DNA from: Podarcis melisellensis
Taxonomy: Eukaryota
NCBI GenBank assembly: GCA_964234715.1
Contig: OZ174281.1
Strand: one strand, 5' to 3'
DNA length: 64,000 nucleotides
A model generated the notes under the pieces. The model did not search any database, was not told the origin of the DNA, and saw nothing but the letters and a program-made list of their open reading frames with translations. Made by a program: the position numbers and the translations under genes. How positions within the stretch are numbered: the first letter of the stretch is position 1; every line of letters begins with the position of its first letter. This document shows positions 48,670 through 63,325 of this stretch, one piece after another.

Positions 48670-48970
48670 GGTAGGGTATAAAGGTTCATCTTCAGCATAT
48701 GCTGAAAGTTATACACAGTGTGGTAACAAAAGCATTATGGGAAATGATATATAATGAGTTGGAAAAAATGTTTAAAATAATATTTGTGAAAAAATCAGAG
48801 GCTTCTTTGCTAGGCATTTTAGGTACAGAGATTCCGAAAGAGCAGAAAAGACAATTTATGTATGCGATGACAGCAGCAAGAATACTACTGGCCGAGAAAT
48901 GGAAAGAAGATAAAGTTCCAACCAGAGAAGAATGCCTGATGAAGATGATGGACTATGCCGAAATGGCGAT
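48670..48970 (+). mobile_element. L1-clade ORF2 C-terminal fragment
   Basis: WEMIYNELEKMFK...LLGILG...YAMTAARILLAEKWKEDKVPTREE, homologous to 18597-18836. Confidence 0.8.
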
Positions 48971-49409
48971 ATCTTACAGTAAACCTTGGTTAGCTGAAAT
49001 GGGAAGCAAAAGCTTGTATCTTCTACTTGCAAGCATGCAGGAGACAGAAAAGACCACAGACCCAAAACTCATTCATAGTTTAGTCTAAACACAGCTTGTA
49101 TACCTCATAGTTTTTTACTTCAGTTCTTATTTCTTGACCTCTCTGCATGCTCTGTATGGCATTTTTGATAAGTCTCTGATGGTGGTTCATTTTCCTAAAC
49201 ATGAATGTATATCTGGTGCTTAATGCATTTTTCCCCCCACTAAAAAAGCTGTGCTAGGTTTGATACAGCCAACATGGTGTTTTCCACAGAAACATAGGAA
49301 GATGCCTTATACCAAGAAAGACCATTGGTCCATGTAGCTTAGTATAGTTGACACTGACTAGCAGTGGCTTCCCAGCATTTCAGGCAGGTGCCATTCTTAG
49401 CTTTAAAAA

Positions 49410-49832
49410 TTAATTAATTAATTAATTAATTAATTAATTATATATCACCCATCTGACTGGGTTCCCCCAGCCACTCTGGGCGGCTTCCAACATATTAAAC
49501 ACAATACAACATCCAACAGTTCTGCCTTCAGATCTCTTCTTAAGGCCAGATAGTTGTTTATTTTCTTGACATCTGGTGGGAGGGTGTTTCACAGGGTGGG
49601 CATGACTACTGCAAAAGCTGTTTGCCTGATTCCCTGTAACTTCACTTCTCTTCTTGAAGAAACTGCCAGAGAGCCCTAGGAGCCAGATCTCAGTGTCCGG
49701 GCTGAATGATGGGGGTGGAGATGTTCCTTCAGGTATACAGGGCCAAAGTCATTTAGGGCTTTAAAGGTCAGCACCAACATTTTGAATTGTGCTCAGAAAG
49801 GTATTTGGAGCCAATGTAAATTCTTTAATGGT
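49410..49832 (-). mobile_element. L2-like LINE 3' fragment with (TTAA)n tail
   Basis: CCCAGCCACTCTGGGCGG 3' motif, also seen on the plus strand at 7445-7525. Continues into GGGCTTTAAAGGTCAGCACC L2-type sequence. Confidence 0.7.
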
Positions 49833-52800
49833 CCAGGAAGTCACCTTACCCAAGAGACACTCAGAAATCAAATGTGGGGCTATAGCCCATACCCTAAACG
49901 TTATCCAGATATTGTTGGACTACAACTCCCAACATCTCTGATCATTGGCTATGCTGGCTGGGACAGATAGGAGTTGTATTCAACAACATATTGGTGGCAC
50001 CAAGTTGGTTACCCCATTCTACGTAATTTATGGAAACTCCCTGTAAGGAAGCTGTATGAGGACTAGGTAGGGCTAATTCCAGCAGAAATTACATGAGTGA
50101 AAAAAAATCATGCTATTCAAAGCTTATCATTTTCTTAGGAAGCTATACAACAGTTGGTTTCCTTGGTGACTAGTTCAGTATATATCCTCTCTTGTGAAAC
50201 AGCTGTCTGTGTTATTACTGGGGATGTTGGCCAGATCGCTCAGTGTTTGCCTTTGCCTAGAAACAAATGTGAAAATTGAAAGTACGGAACACTATTTTGG
50301 GAAAGATAAAAGTTATCCCTAAAAGTTAATTTTCAAATCAAATGGTTCCTTATAAAGATGCCTCCCAAACTTTTTGTTAAGGCTGCTGATCAGGGCAAAG
50401 GGTTTGCATTGCTCCATATATTATCATATCACAAAGAAGTACCTGCATCATTGCAAAGGTGGAAAGGAAAGGGAGAGTAATTTTCAACATGTTCAGTCAG
50501 AAAACAGAAGGCCATCATGGTGACTGGTTGGTGGATGAGTGGGATGAAATGCCAGATTTTGATAAAAGAACACACCAACTTGCTACTCCTTTCCTTTAAG
50601 CAAAAGAAACTGAATGGGTAATAGCATTTTAGATGTCATATTCTCTATACATAATGAACATTCACCTATTTTTAAGAGTGCATAATTGCTATTTCAGCTT
50701 CACAAAGCTACATGCTTAGCACAAAGAAACAGATCTCTGCATTATTAAGCTGTGCCAAATTTTTATACACATGGTAGTTTGCCTTCATAGAAGCCAGTCA
50801 TTATATCATCAACACAGCCAATCACATTTACTGCAACATTCCTGATTCTTCTGGATATCAATGTATTGACTTAATCAAAATGCCATTGACATTCAATTTG
50901 CACACAGAACTTTTCCATATTTATCTCTCATTCCTAGTCAGTGATTTTGATTAGATTGAGATCTGTTTGCATTATGCAGTTATATTTCCTGCCTTGTATT
51001 TTAATTGTCAATCAGAGTTATCATCTCACCTCATCTCATCTCATCTCTGGTTTTCTGTTCAGGAAATATAAAACAGTTACTGGTTAATGCTCCTGGTTAA
51101 TACAGCAAGGTATTCTACCACGACAACAGGAAGAATATTTTTATTAAAGATGTATAACTGCAACTTGAAACTAAAGTGCTTTGTGCAAAATATTGCTAAA
51201 AAATCACAACCCTAAATTATAGTCTTACAACTGTGGCAAATATACACTTACATGTTGACTTACTTTGTGGTGCTCTTCATATTTCTGGTTCTTTAAGTTA
51301 CTGATCTGTATTACAGCTTATTACAATTTAAAGCATTTCCTCCTCTTGCAACTTTGGGCCAGACTAGATATGGTAAGTTAATAGCAAAATTGTGGGGATA
51401 ATTATGGGGATCACTGCATGCATTGCTTGGGAAAAGCACGACTTGAAAGTTGCCATCTGCAATGGGAAGAAACTCCCCCATTGGTGTCACATCTAGGTTG
51501 ACCCTGGGACATTAAGTGTCCCAGGGGCCACATGATGGCTCACTCTAATTCCATCATTGGCCAGGCTTGAGTAGGGCTTCCTCACTGTCACCTGGAATTA
51601 CTGAGGTCACAAGAAAAGGTCACACCTAAAGGAGTTTCCATTATTTATTTATTACTGCAATTTATAAATGTTCCACATAGATGGGTTGTGAGCCACATTG
51701 GGCACAAGAACAGCAACACAAAACCAGGAAGACACACCAAGGCATCATTACATGCCAATAAGGAAATGTCAGAAGGGGCACATGCTCCAACTCTAAGTGT
51801 TTGTGGCTTACAGTACCACCACTATATCCTTACAACATCAGAACAGTGTTACGGACATTGATGATGCGAACAAGTAGATGTTTGAAGCAGATGTCAAAGC
51901 CACATTTTATAGTGTCATAATCTAGGACTCTAACTGCCCATTCTTAGTGATGCATACCAAGGATGCTTTGGATGAGGCTATGCCCTCAGTACCAGACTTT
52001 CAACTTCCCCACCACACTGAGAATTGCTGCATCAGAGGACTCCATGATGCCAGTGCTACTCCAGCCTAAAAACAGATCACATTATCTTCCTCAGGCTTGG
52101 ATGATTGAAGAGAATGGCTCCTAAAGCAGGGCAGATTCCTTTCGAAATAGAGACTTCAATTTTCAAGGGCAGGGCTAGCTGTTCAGACTGGGTTTGATGG
52201 TTGTTGGAGCAAGCCAGTGCACCTTGTTGTTAACCAGAAGGTTAGTGCTTCAAGCCCATCCAGGAACAGCTATGGGCAGGATTCTTGCATTGCAGGGGGT
52301 TGTACTACAATTCTATGAGTCAATGAACATTCAACCATGCCTTGTTGGATATCCAGTCCAGACTCCAACTGGAGCTACCCATGGTGCCACCAGCTTTTCT
52401 GAACACAATTTTGGCTTTACCTGTCTTAGCTTGCTCTTTCTGGCCCTGCTCATCACAATCTGACCTTAGCTTCTTTAACTCTGGCCTCTACTTGACCAGA
52501 TGTTGCTTACTGGATCCTGGAATGGTGGTGTGTGAAATATGTTCCCAGCACACACTGGCTAATATGCCACACCTACCCCTCCATGCTGGGAACATTGGCT
52601 GGGATGGAAATTTAGCTGCTGCTATCAAATATAGCAAGTGAAGGACCAGATAGTAGAATCTTCACGCTGTTGCTTTGGTTTGCAGCTTATCTAAGTTGAC
52701 CGCCTGTCTCCATGTTGTAGGAATTTTAGAAATATTGGCTAGTCTGATAGATCTACTGCACTGCAGCTTAAGCTAGTACATTTTATATAATATAATTATA

Positions 52801-52984
52801 TATATAATGCAAGCAAACTGATGCAGTGTCTTCTACAGTGAGAATAGCAGAACACTTCTCCCACTGAAGTATTTTAAGCAAAAATCAATGACTGTCCATA
52901 TCACATTGATTTTGTTTATATGCATTGCTTTCAGTATACCGAAAATTCTAAAGTTGACTATCTATAATAGGCAAAGTTAGAATC

Positions 52985-53200
52985 AGTCTGGTGTGAAGGA
53001 AGTAGTGGACAGAATGTTGACTAGGATCATGGAAACCTGTGTCCACATTCCTGCTGGGTCATAGAATTCATTGGGCAACCTTGAGCCTGCCACTGTCTCT
53101 CAACCTCAACCTATCTCACATGGTTGTTCTGAGGAAAAAGCAATGTGCATCACTGTAAGCTCCTTAGAACGGAAAGTTACAAGTGTAATAAAGAAATAAA
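52985..53200 (+). mobile_element. Degenerate CORE/MIR-like SINE
   Basis: TGGGCAACCTTGAGC...TATCTCACATGGTTGTT similar to the other copies. Confidence 0.5.
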
Positions 53201-53789
53201 GGGTACCACAACTGAACATTTATTAGTGTGCTAGGTGCTGCACAGAACAAAATCCACATAGGTGCTATAGGTGAAGGTATATGAATATAAGCTTGCTCTT
53301 AAATGTCACCACATGGATAACTTATGTGCCCCTGACACATGTGAACCAGCTCACAGAATGCATCCTATGGATTTATCTTGCATGACAGATAAGTTTTGTT
53401 TTTGTCTGACCAAGATACTTTCAGATCATTTCAGTAGCTAATCCTACCTGGAGTTCCATAGATAATAAGAATGGTAAACAACAACAACCCAGAAAGGATA
53501 AGCCAGTGAAATGGTTAAGAATAAGAAGGGTAGAATCCACAGATTGGTGGTATCTGTGAATAGGAGAAAGTAATTCTGGACACTCTTCCCTGCAGTGTGC
53601 AACACCCCTCTAAACTTTCTACAAAGGGTTGTGAGACGTTTCAGTACATATGTAGGAGTGGGGTGGGGTGCATCATGGAGAAGGTGGAAGCACCCAAAAT
53701 TGCTTCCTACCACATTCCACAGACAGATTTCATTCCACCAGCAAAGAATCACCACTGCATATCACACAACAACTTCTAGGTTCTTATTA

Positions 53790-54036
53790 AAGGTAAAGGT
53801 AAAGGGACCCCTGACCATTAGGTCCAGTTGTGGCCGACTCTGGGGTTGCGGCGCTCATCTCGCTTTATTGGCCGAGTGAGCCGGCGTACAGCTTCCGGGT
53901 GTTGTGGCCAGTATGACTAAGCTGCTTCTGGCGAACCAGAGCAGCGCACGAAAACCCCGTTTACCTTCCCGCTGGAGCGGTACCTATTTATCTATTTGCA
54001 CTTTGACATGCTTTCAAACTGCTAGGTTGGCAGGAG
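53790..54036 (-). mobile_element. Sauria-type SINE, 5' truncated
   Basis: Same tail and core as the other copies. TSD AGGTTCTTA[T/C]TA on both flanks. Confidence 0.9.
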
Positions 54037-57019
54037 AGGTTCTTACTAGTATGCGACAAATCCTGTCTAAGGTTAAAAGAATTTCCACTAGGCTATTTGT
54101 AGTTCTTAAGAACTACTATGTGGCTTCAAACAACAACAGAATTTTTCCAGTATCCTCTTCTTAAAAATGACAATTCAAGAAATAATTTACAAGGAACAGG
54201 GCAATTAAATAATGGATGAAACTGAAATGGTATTTCTTCAAAAATGTTTACAACATCTACTTCTTATACTTTTTGCAATCCTTCAAAACTCACTATAAAA
54301 TAGTTTGAGAAAATTGTATTCATTAATTTCATTGTAATAATTTATCTAACATCTACCATCCAGATTGTTCATGTTTGCAGTTGAGTCCATACTTATAAGC
54401 TCCAGAAGCAAAAAATTAATTATTTTATCATTCTAAATTATGGATTGTCATGATGCAGCTACTAATTTATTCTATGGACTTTTGCTGGAATTTTTGTAGT
54501 AGAATAAATAATATGAATGATAATTTGCTTTTATTTAATTTACAGAGTAGGTGATGAGCAATAATTATTATGAAATGCAATGCAATGCAATTACTCTCAT
54601 TACAAAAGTAAGCATGTCAGATGAATACAAATTCTGATAATCTCATGCAACTTGCTGTTCCTCAAGACTAAATTGTACAATACACTTTTTGGTATATATT
54701 ACAGCAGGCTGTGAAATATTGGAGTTTTTTTAATAGCACATTTTCATTTTCCATGGGGAAGATTTTCTCCTTTACAGATGTTACACCAGAACATCAAAAC
54801 CAAATGCTTCACTTGAGAAGCCATGATCTAAAATCCTGCTGAAGTAACCAAGCAGTACAATCTGAACCTCACTGCTTTTGCTCAGAGTACTTACTTAAAT
54901 CAACAGAGATGCACTGATGTCTAAGCAACGAGATTCACTGCTCCCATCAACTGAAGAAGTGACCACAAGGAGTACAATCCTATGCATGTCTATTCAGAAG
55001 TAAATGCTACTGCGTAAGATTGCATTGCACAACGAACTGCAGCCTAAGTGTTCAAGAATGTGCAGCATTTCCAACAAATGTCTTGATGTCTGTGTACTGC
55101 AGTGTGCAAAATATGATAAGTAGCTGTGGCCCCTCTTTGGTTTTTAAAAAATGAGGACACAGTTTGATAACCAGGTTTTTAGTCAGAGATTAAACCATAG
55201 TTTTAATACAACAAGAAAATTGGTTTAAATTGTAATTTAGCAAACCTAAATGACTATTCTATTATGACATGTCTATTATGACACAAATGAGAAAGAGGAT
55301 GATGGCGAGCATGGGAACAATGCTCATTTATTGAACCCACTGCTTATTGGCCTGAGATAATACCTGAAGAGTTAGCACATTAATGTTATCCATGTATGTG
55401 ATGCTACCTGTCCTTTCTTTTCTTTCTTTTTTATTTAAATAGTTTCTATTATTTTCTATTTCCCAAGAGTTTCATTTTCCCTTTTTGTTTGTTTGTTCAC
55501 TCTGGATACTAAACAATGAGCACAATATTTAAACAGATTAACATGTGCAGGCAAAGAAGGCTCGTTCTTCCTGTTCTCTTTCTCTCTCTGGAAAAGGTAT
55601 CAGCCAATCTTTCTTTGTGTGCGTGGAAGAAATCTTGCACTAGCTGGATCCAAGCCAAAATATAGCCAATACTTTTCCAAACCAAATTCTAGCTGCACCT
55701 TGAAGGGCCTCAGATGATCAATCAAGACCAACATTCCATATTCACACTTAATCTAACTTCAATGCAGTTGCTGCTGCATTTGCTCTGTCCTGCTCAGCCC
55801 TTGGCAATGTTATCCCAAGGGCATAGGAAGATTTAAGGACATCACTGGACAATTTACTACTATAAAAAGACACTAAGAAACTGTTTTATAAGAATGCATG
55901 CAATGATGAGAGATCAAATTATGTGATGCTAAGATACCTGAAAGTCACCATGGCAAATCTTCTAACCACAGCTAAAATTATCACAGCAAGAATATAGAAA
56001 AAATCCATCACCACCTAAAGATAGAGAATTGTTGGCTATACTTTGGGGAAATGCAGAAACAGATACTGGCTATCAAGAGTTTAGCAAAGGAAATGAAGAT
56101 TTATGACAGAGCCTCATTAACTGTTTCTTTCAACAGATGCATTTCTGAACTCTAGAGAATGTGAATATCTGCCACACACTTAACCTCCTATTAGGGAAAT
56201 GAATGGCCAGTGTAAGAGTGAATGTTTCTTTAAAAAAAACCCCACAGGAGTGTATAATAACTAGCCATCAATTCACAGGTACAGTATTATCAGGGCTCTT
56301 ACTACACAATGTAATGTGAAGAATGTGAAAAATCCATGCAAAAGGCCTAACAACATTGTTGTACCTCCAACTCTCTGGATCTGACTTAAGCAATCCTACC
56401 TGGGAGCAAATACCCTTTTCTTTTCCTAACAGCCGTTAAGCAGTTTTTCAGCTGTTGGTTGCAATTTGGGCTAACCAGGGTTTTTCTTAAGGCAGGAACT
56501 GAAACCGTGAGTTGAAACGGATTTTAGATCCTAAGTTAAGGAAAACTCCAATTAGCTTTAATTGCAGTTAACGTTTTTGTGCTGGCAAATAAATTAATTG
56601 GAGGCCTACTACTGGGGGCTATGTTTGAAAACAGTACTAAAGAAGGTGAAATGAGGGAGTAAAAACATGCTCTTCACTGAACAGAAGGCAAGTTAGTTGC
56701 ATCTTTTGATGGGATTGTCATTAACTGTTCTCAGAGCAGCCTGTGTATTCCTTTCCTGGGTCTTTTTGATCTGACTCTCTTTAATGATTCTATCTCTTTC
56801 TCTTGTTTTTGTTGCATCTGTCCCAGGCTTGGCCAATGAAGAAAGAAACCGAACAAAGCAGCTGCTGTGTATAAAAGCACTTCTGAAAGGGAAAGCACCA
56901 GATCATTTTAAAAAGGGGAAACTGCTTGATCAACTATATTCCTTCTCTCTGAAAGCATGAAAATCATATTTTGTATCAAATTGCAACATTCTTTCTTCTC
57001 AGTGTGTTTTCAACACAAG

Positions 57020-57355
57020 ATCCCAGTTATACAATGCATTTTAAATAGTATCAAACCACTTCATATAGTTATGATTTCCCTCAAATCATCTTGGGAAGTG
57101 TTGTTTGTTAAGGGGCTCTGAGAGTTGTTAGGAGAGAGCCATTCCCACTCACCAAGCTACAATTTCCATAGGGTTTAACTTTTAAACCTTCTCTTCTTAG
57201 GGAATGCTGGGAAATGTGGCTCTGTGAGGGGAATAGGGGCCTCCTAAAAACTTTCAGGACCCTTAACAAATTTCAGTTCCCATGAGTCTCTGGAGGAAGC
57301 CATGGCTGTCCAAAGTGATGCAATACTGCTGTACATGTATGGTGAAGATGGGGCC
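57020..57355. mobile_element. Palindromic MITE (PIF/Harbinger-like)
   Basis: Homologous to 46450-46773 (GCTCTGTGAGGGGAATAGG core), with foldback structure. Confidence 0.65.
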
Positions 57356-57365
57356 ATAACTGAGA

Positions 57366-57665
57366 TCATAGAATCGTAGAGTTGGACTCAAGGGTCATCT
57401 AGTCCAGCCCCCTGCAATGCAGGAATCTCAGCTAAAGCATCTATGACAGATGGCCATCCAACCTCTGATTAAAAACCTCCAAGGAAGGAGAGTCCACCAC
57501 CTCTTGTGGTAGTCTCTTCCATGGCCAAACAGCTCTTCCTGTTAGGTTTTTCTGTATGTTTAGTCGGAATCTCCTTTCTTGTAACTTAAAGCCATTGGTT
57601 CGAATCCTACCCTCCAGAGCAGAAGAAAACAAGCTTGTTCCCTCTTCCATGTGATAGCCCCTGAT
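57366..57665 (-). mobile_element. CR1 LINE 3' fragment
   Basis: ORF EEGTSLFSSALEGRIRTNGFKLQERRFRLNI...VVDSPSLEVFNQRLDGHLS and an ATTCTATGA tail. Confidence 0.9.
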
Positions 57666-58289
57666 GGCTATGGTGTGTTTTTAAAGGAATTGTTAAAGAA
57701 TTGCAGGACAACATAAATAATAGTTTGGTTTTAAATAATCTGAGGGACAGAATTTGAGATCAAAATGTTCTCCCTAGTCTACAGACTTGATTTTAAGATA
57801 ATAATGTGAAATTATAAAAATTAAACACACAACACAGTGCATGGAGGAGGGGCCATGTCCTTGAACATAGTTGCAATCCTGTGTTCTCTCAGTTAGAAAA
57901 TGCCCCAGTCAATCGAGCTTTCTTTTGAGTACAAGATGCCTAGGTTTGGGCTCCAGGTGTGAAATGGTTGAAATGAAATACTGTTGAAAGGTAACTTGAG
58001 GTTATCATAAAATCATCAAGGGTCATCTAGTCCAACTCCCTGCAGTGCAGGAATTCTGCCCACAACCATCCCCGGGTGGGCTTGAACCACCAACCTTCTG
58101 GTTAACAGCAAGGTGCACTGACCCATTGTGCCACTGAATAATTTCTAAGCGTTAGGGTTCTATAGGCAGCACCAAGAAAAGCTGATGGTGGGAAGTGATA
58201 GAATGAATGATTCCAGAGGTAAATCCACATCATTAAAATCTCAGTGGCCCTGTTCAATCAATATGGCAGCAGTGAAGCAATTAACTAGC

Positions 58290-58616
58290 TTGAGTTGTTG
58301 AGCTTTTTTTGGCGAGGCATGCCGAGAATCACTCACCAGACTGACAAACGCTGCCAATCGCACATGTCACAGAAGCTCTTCCCGCTCACCAGCAGCAGCC
58401 GACAAGCGCACACCCAATTGATGCAACAGCAGCCAATCCACAGCAGCAATGCCACAGCCACCAATCACCCACCCAATCACCGCTGACAAGCTCCTGCTTG
58501 TGGCTGCAACCAATCACCTGTCCACCCTCTGCACTATCCATGTATAAGATGAGCCCCAATTTGGAACATTATTTTACAGTAAAAAAATCTCGTCTTATAC
58601 ATGGAAAAGTATGGTA
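58290..58616. mobile_element. Tc1/mariner (Tc2-like) non-autonomous element, one end
   Basis: Terminus CGTCTTATACATGGAAAAGTATGG followed by TA, an inverted subterminal copy TCCATGTATAAGATG, and a CCAAT-rich interior. The other TIR was not found. Confidence 0.5.
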
Positions 58617-59340
58617 ACTTTGAGAGATTCAAATGCTACATTGCAGCACAACGTCTGTCAATATTTCAGCATACTTTCCAACACTGCTTTGCTTCTCTGG
58701 TGATATACATTCATGACATTCCCATTGTTGTGATCTTTTAATAAATTGCACCCTTCCCTCCCTAGAATGGGATATTATAGCAAGCCTTTAAGTTGTACTT
58801 TTAAAGAACCTATTTAGGCAAAGCCGCACATAATATTTCCTATTTGAGTGCTTGGCACAAAGGCTTACAAGAGGACTGATAGGAAGAATGAAGATCAAAA
58901 AGTGGGAAATTGGGATTGTCTTGGTAAAAATATACTTGCCTTTTTTACAATTGCATTTAATTAACACTGATTAAACAAGAAGACTTGTAAGGTGAGAGAG
59001 TGTAACCACACATCCACATTATACAAAGGTGTTGATGATATGGGTGAAATGTGCTCCCTCTCCCCTTCCACTGCACATATTACAAGCCTTAAAATGCTAT
59101 GGAATTCAACTACATTTCAACATCTTATTTAGATTCCACCAAATAGTAACAGAATATGTCCATCATCAGAGACTATTTTTTTAAAAACATAGTACTTCTG
59201 ATACTTCTTTTGCTTTGTTTATTATTTGAAAAGTTTATGACTCCGCAAAGGGATACAAAGTGACTTATACTTCATACAATAATTAAAGATACACACCAAC
59301 CAATTGTTATAGATGGACAGCCTACACAAATAGAAAAAGT

Positions 59341-59555
59341 AGAGCCAGGGTGGTATAGTGGTTAGAGTATTGGACTCTAACCACTATAGCAGAAGACCAA
59401 GAAGACAGCAGTTCAAATCCCCACTTGGCCATGAAACTCTCTGGGTGATCTTAGAAGTCATAGTCTCTCTGTCTAACCTACCTCACAGGGTTGTTGTAGA
59501 AATTAAATATGGTGGGAACAACCATGAATGCCACCCTGAGCTCCTTGGAGGAAAG
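59341..59555 (+). mobile_element. CORE/MIR-like SINE
   Basis: GGTGGTATAGTGGTTAGAG A-box, GTTCAAATCCC B-box and TACCTCACAGGGTTGTTG. Confidence 0.7.
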
Positions 59556-59642
59556 ATGTTTGGCAAGGTAGTTAGTTTAGCTACACTGAATGTGCTACCT
59601 TTGAAGAAAACACTGAAAATCTCCAGCACAGCTGGGGGGAAT

Positions 59643-59643
<1 letters not shown>

Positions 59644-59689
<46 letters not shown>
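59644..59689. repeat. (CA)n microsatellite
   Basis: Read directly from the sequence, about 23 units. Confidence 0.98.
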
Positions 59690-59690
<1 letters not shown>

Positions 59691-61807
59691 TCAGGGGAAA
59701 ATAATATGATTCAGGAATAATGCAGTTGCAAGTGATTGCAAAAAACCAGAAATGCAAATATGTATTAACACAAGATAAACACAGAATATGATCTATGTAT
59801 GTATGTTTCTTTTCTCTTTCATTCTGTAGCAGCGGATGCAAAGAAAATATGAGCAAGCATGCTGGTTCCATTTAATAGTGATACACAAACCTTATCATTA
59901 AAATGGCCTCAAGAGTGTGACGTGACTATAATTTTGTCCATGAATCATGGAAGTGCTCACAGGAGTTTAGGAGTCCAAGACAAAAGCCCTGCTGCCCATT
60001 CTAAACACCCTTCAATACAGTACTTGTCGTTCAGCTTACAGATGCTAGTCAACTTCTACCCTGTGGTCTTGTTCCTTCAAACACATTTAAAATGCACTCT
60101 GTATAGTAGGAAGCATATAATTCATTACAGCAGGGACAAATTACCGTGACCTAGTGGCTGACACTGCGGAAGGGCAGTCCCTACGTTGGCTTTAGCATTA
60201 GCCTTTATTGGCAAACACTGGAAACTCTTGAGGAAGAGAAACCTACATTTTTCTTTTATCTATTCTGAAGGGAGATAATTCCCAAAGCACATTACAAAGC
60301 TTCTATCTGCCTCCCCTTTAAATAGATTCTGTTCATTTTGGGTTTTTGTGTGCCTAAAGCCTCTTTGAGCGAACGCTGCAGGCAGGCTCTGCTTCTGTGC
60401 TTCTCGTTTATTTGTGTAATATTTGTTCATTTCTTTTAATAAAAATGGCATATCAGGTAATGCACTTAATTTACCTACTCAACCTGAAACTGCAGGATGG
60501 AAAGAAAATCTATGGATATGGCTCTGTAGGGTAGCAACAGTCGCTTTGGGCTGCAAATGCTAAAAATATCTTTCTCCCTGTAGCAACTCAGGTATGAAAG
60601 ATTCAGACCATTCATAATAACGGCAATTAAAAGCACCTAATGGGATGGAAATTCTCCTTCTTTTCCATTGCTAAATTCATTTTATATGACAGACTCTGCA
60701 GTCATTTTTAAACACACACAAAGCACACCGTTTCTTTAGATTTGTTTGGGTCCTAACCATTTTAATGGCTAAAGGCAGATGACCAGTTAATCGTGGCTAA
60801 GTTATGTCAAAATATTATATATTTGAATCAATATAACCCCAGACCAACTATTCTGTTTTGAAGATGTATTTTGCAATCCTTATTTACAAGTTGATTAATA
60901 TATCTGTATCTTTCTTTCTGAAGCCTTTGGTTAGATATTAGCCCTAGGTCATGGGAGATCTGGGAAGGGCCGTAGGTTGGTAGAAGAGTACATACTGTAC
61001 TTTGCATGCATAAGAGCTCTGATTCAGTCCTCTGAATCTGTAGTTAAAAGGATCTCAGGTAGCATAGTTGGCTTTTCTCTGTCTCAGGCCTCAGAGAACT
61101 TTTGCTAGACAGAGCAAACAGTGCTTGTTTATGGATAGATTGAAGGCTTGACTCACATACCAGCCAACTGTCCTGGAAAAAACAGGCCATCCAGTTTTTT
61201 CTTGAGAGAGGACAACTTTAGGGCCATACTCTTGCCCCCCCCCCAATGCTTTTATTGGGGCAGCGATCTTGTGCAGTGCCCCAAAAGATGCATTTTGGGA
61301 CACCATGCCCCCCAAAGTGTTTTTTGCAGGGGGTGTTGTTACGTGACTTGCGTGGGAATGCTGGAAGATGGTGCCCCAGTTTTGGGCCACTTCTTATTGG
61401 AGAGTATGGACTCAGTGTAAGCTTCATACAGGCTTATGCCAGAACAAAGTCAGTAGGGGACATTTGTGAGCAGCCATGCTAATATCAAGGAGAATCACAT
61501 TTTTTTCCTGTATTCAGATGGCAATATATTTTTGCAGGAAAGATGAATTCCCCCACCTCTCTTTCGTGTCTCTCTGGGATGGCACCATTGCAAGAATGTC
61601 TTCCAGCTAAGGAACAGGGTGGAGTGCTACTTCTGGCAATGGTGCTGTACCAGAGGAACAAGAGATACTTTTCCAAGGCAAGAAGAGTTGTCTGGTTTTG
61701 AAAGAGGGCTGGTGGGACACTAGAAGCAGCTTTATAGGCTAAATCCAGGCTACAGAAATGCTTCTATGCAAGAGAGAGACAGAGACAGTGACAGAGACAG
61801 AGCACAT

Positions 61808-62060
61808 AAGAAGAAGAGAAGAAGAGTTTGGAATTGATATCCCGCCTTTCACTCCCCTTCAGGAATCTCAAAGCGGCTAACATTCTCCTTTCCCTTCCTC
61901 CCCCACAACAAACACTCTGTGAGGTGAGTGGGGCTGAGAGACTTCAGAGAAGTGTGACTGGCCCAAGGTCACCCAGCAGCTGCATGTGGAGGAGCGGAGA
62001 CGCGAACCCGGTTGGCCAGATTACGAGACTACCGCTCTTAAGCACTACACCACACTGGCT
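61808..62060 (-). mobile_element. CORE/MIR-like tRNA SINE (Squam3-like)
   Basis: CACTACACCACACTGG A-box head, GACTGGCCCAAGGTCACCCAG CORE segment and (AGA)n tail. Confidence 0.8.
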
Positions 62061-63325
62061 GGAAAGACACCACTACACTACACCACACTGGAGTGAAAGA
62101 TCAGGTACTATAAAAAACAATACATTATACAGAGCAGTTGCCTCTCTGGGAATCAACACCCTTGCACATTTGTGCAAAGCTACGGTTTGGCTCAGTGTGC
62201 TATCCGAACCTGGACAAAGTATATCTGTCTTCATATCTGTGTTTTTTAAAAAAACAACCCCCCCCAAAAAGAAATAGCCACAATCTGTATGTGTATGTTT
62301 TAAAAAACCCAACTAGCCTATCAGGAGTGATAATTTCAAGTGACATGAAAAAGGCTATGTACCTACTGCCAGGACTTAAAAATTGTGCTCAATCCTTTTT
62401 TAAAATAACAACAACAACCCTTATCTCCCCTAGAGTGAAAAAGACTAGATTCTGAATATTTACTGCTGAGTCTTTAGACATATAATTCATCACCTCAAAA
62501 GAAACCACACATAAGCCAGGCTAAGAGAGCTTGAGGGGATTGTAGACAAACACAAAGGGAAACAGGAGCCTCAGGACACCTTTCTCCTTCCATTATTTAT
62601 CTCTGCTTGTCTTATCTCTTTATTAGTAGCTTAAAGCCAGAATAGAAATCTGAAGTGTCAGAATAATATAAGTTTTTATAGAGTAATGGAGGTATATATT
62701 TGTTGACAGCAGGGCATGAATCTTGAAAAGTAGGGTATCATGAATTCAATATTTCACTGGTGCTTTTCAGGAAAACACATAGATATGTACAGTATTAGGT
62801 ACTGTTCTCACAGTGGCCAACTAGACAGTGCCATAGCTAGGGGCAAGGGGGCAGCTAGACTCCTCCCCCCCGAGTAAAGACAGAGTGAGAGGGACCAAAT
62901 AAAAATAAATAAATAAAAGCACTAAAAATGCAATAAAAAACATACAGCATCTAGCACACTTGGTACAAGGGGCAAAATTTTTTTAAGTGGCTTTCCAAGA
63001 CCCTCAGCAATTTTCAAGGGGTCCATGGGAAATAAATATTTTGAGAACCACCGCTTTGGCAGGGAGGGAAAGGCATAGGAGAAATGAGACCCAGTCATTT
63101 CACAAATGACTTGTCCCTTTCCCATTTGTTGAATGGGAGCTTTTAAATTTCAGCTGTGAATTTTCCAGATGTAATTTCAAGTGGGAAACTCTTACACTCA
63201 GATTGTCTTGTGTTAACCCCCCCCAAAAAAAAAATCCCTGCCACCACTCAACCATTATGCCAAGGATGCTGCAGAGCAGAACCCAAAGCCAAAGTGAGTC
63301 ACATTTTGCAGTCACATGACAGCAT

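Noticed and set aside
60576-60595. Plus-strand 8-nt microexon-like pattern (ccctgtag CAACTCAG gtatga)
   Set aside because: Not a multiple of three and on the opposite strand to the better-supported splice signals, so likely chance.
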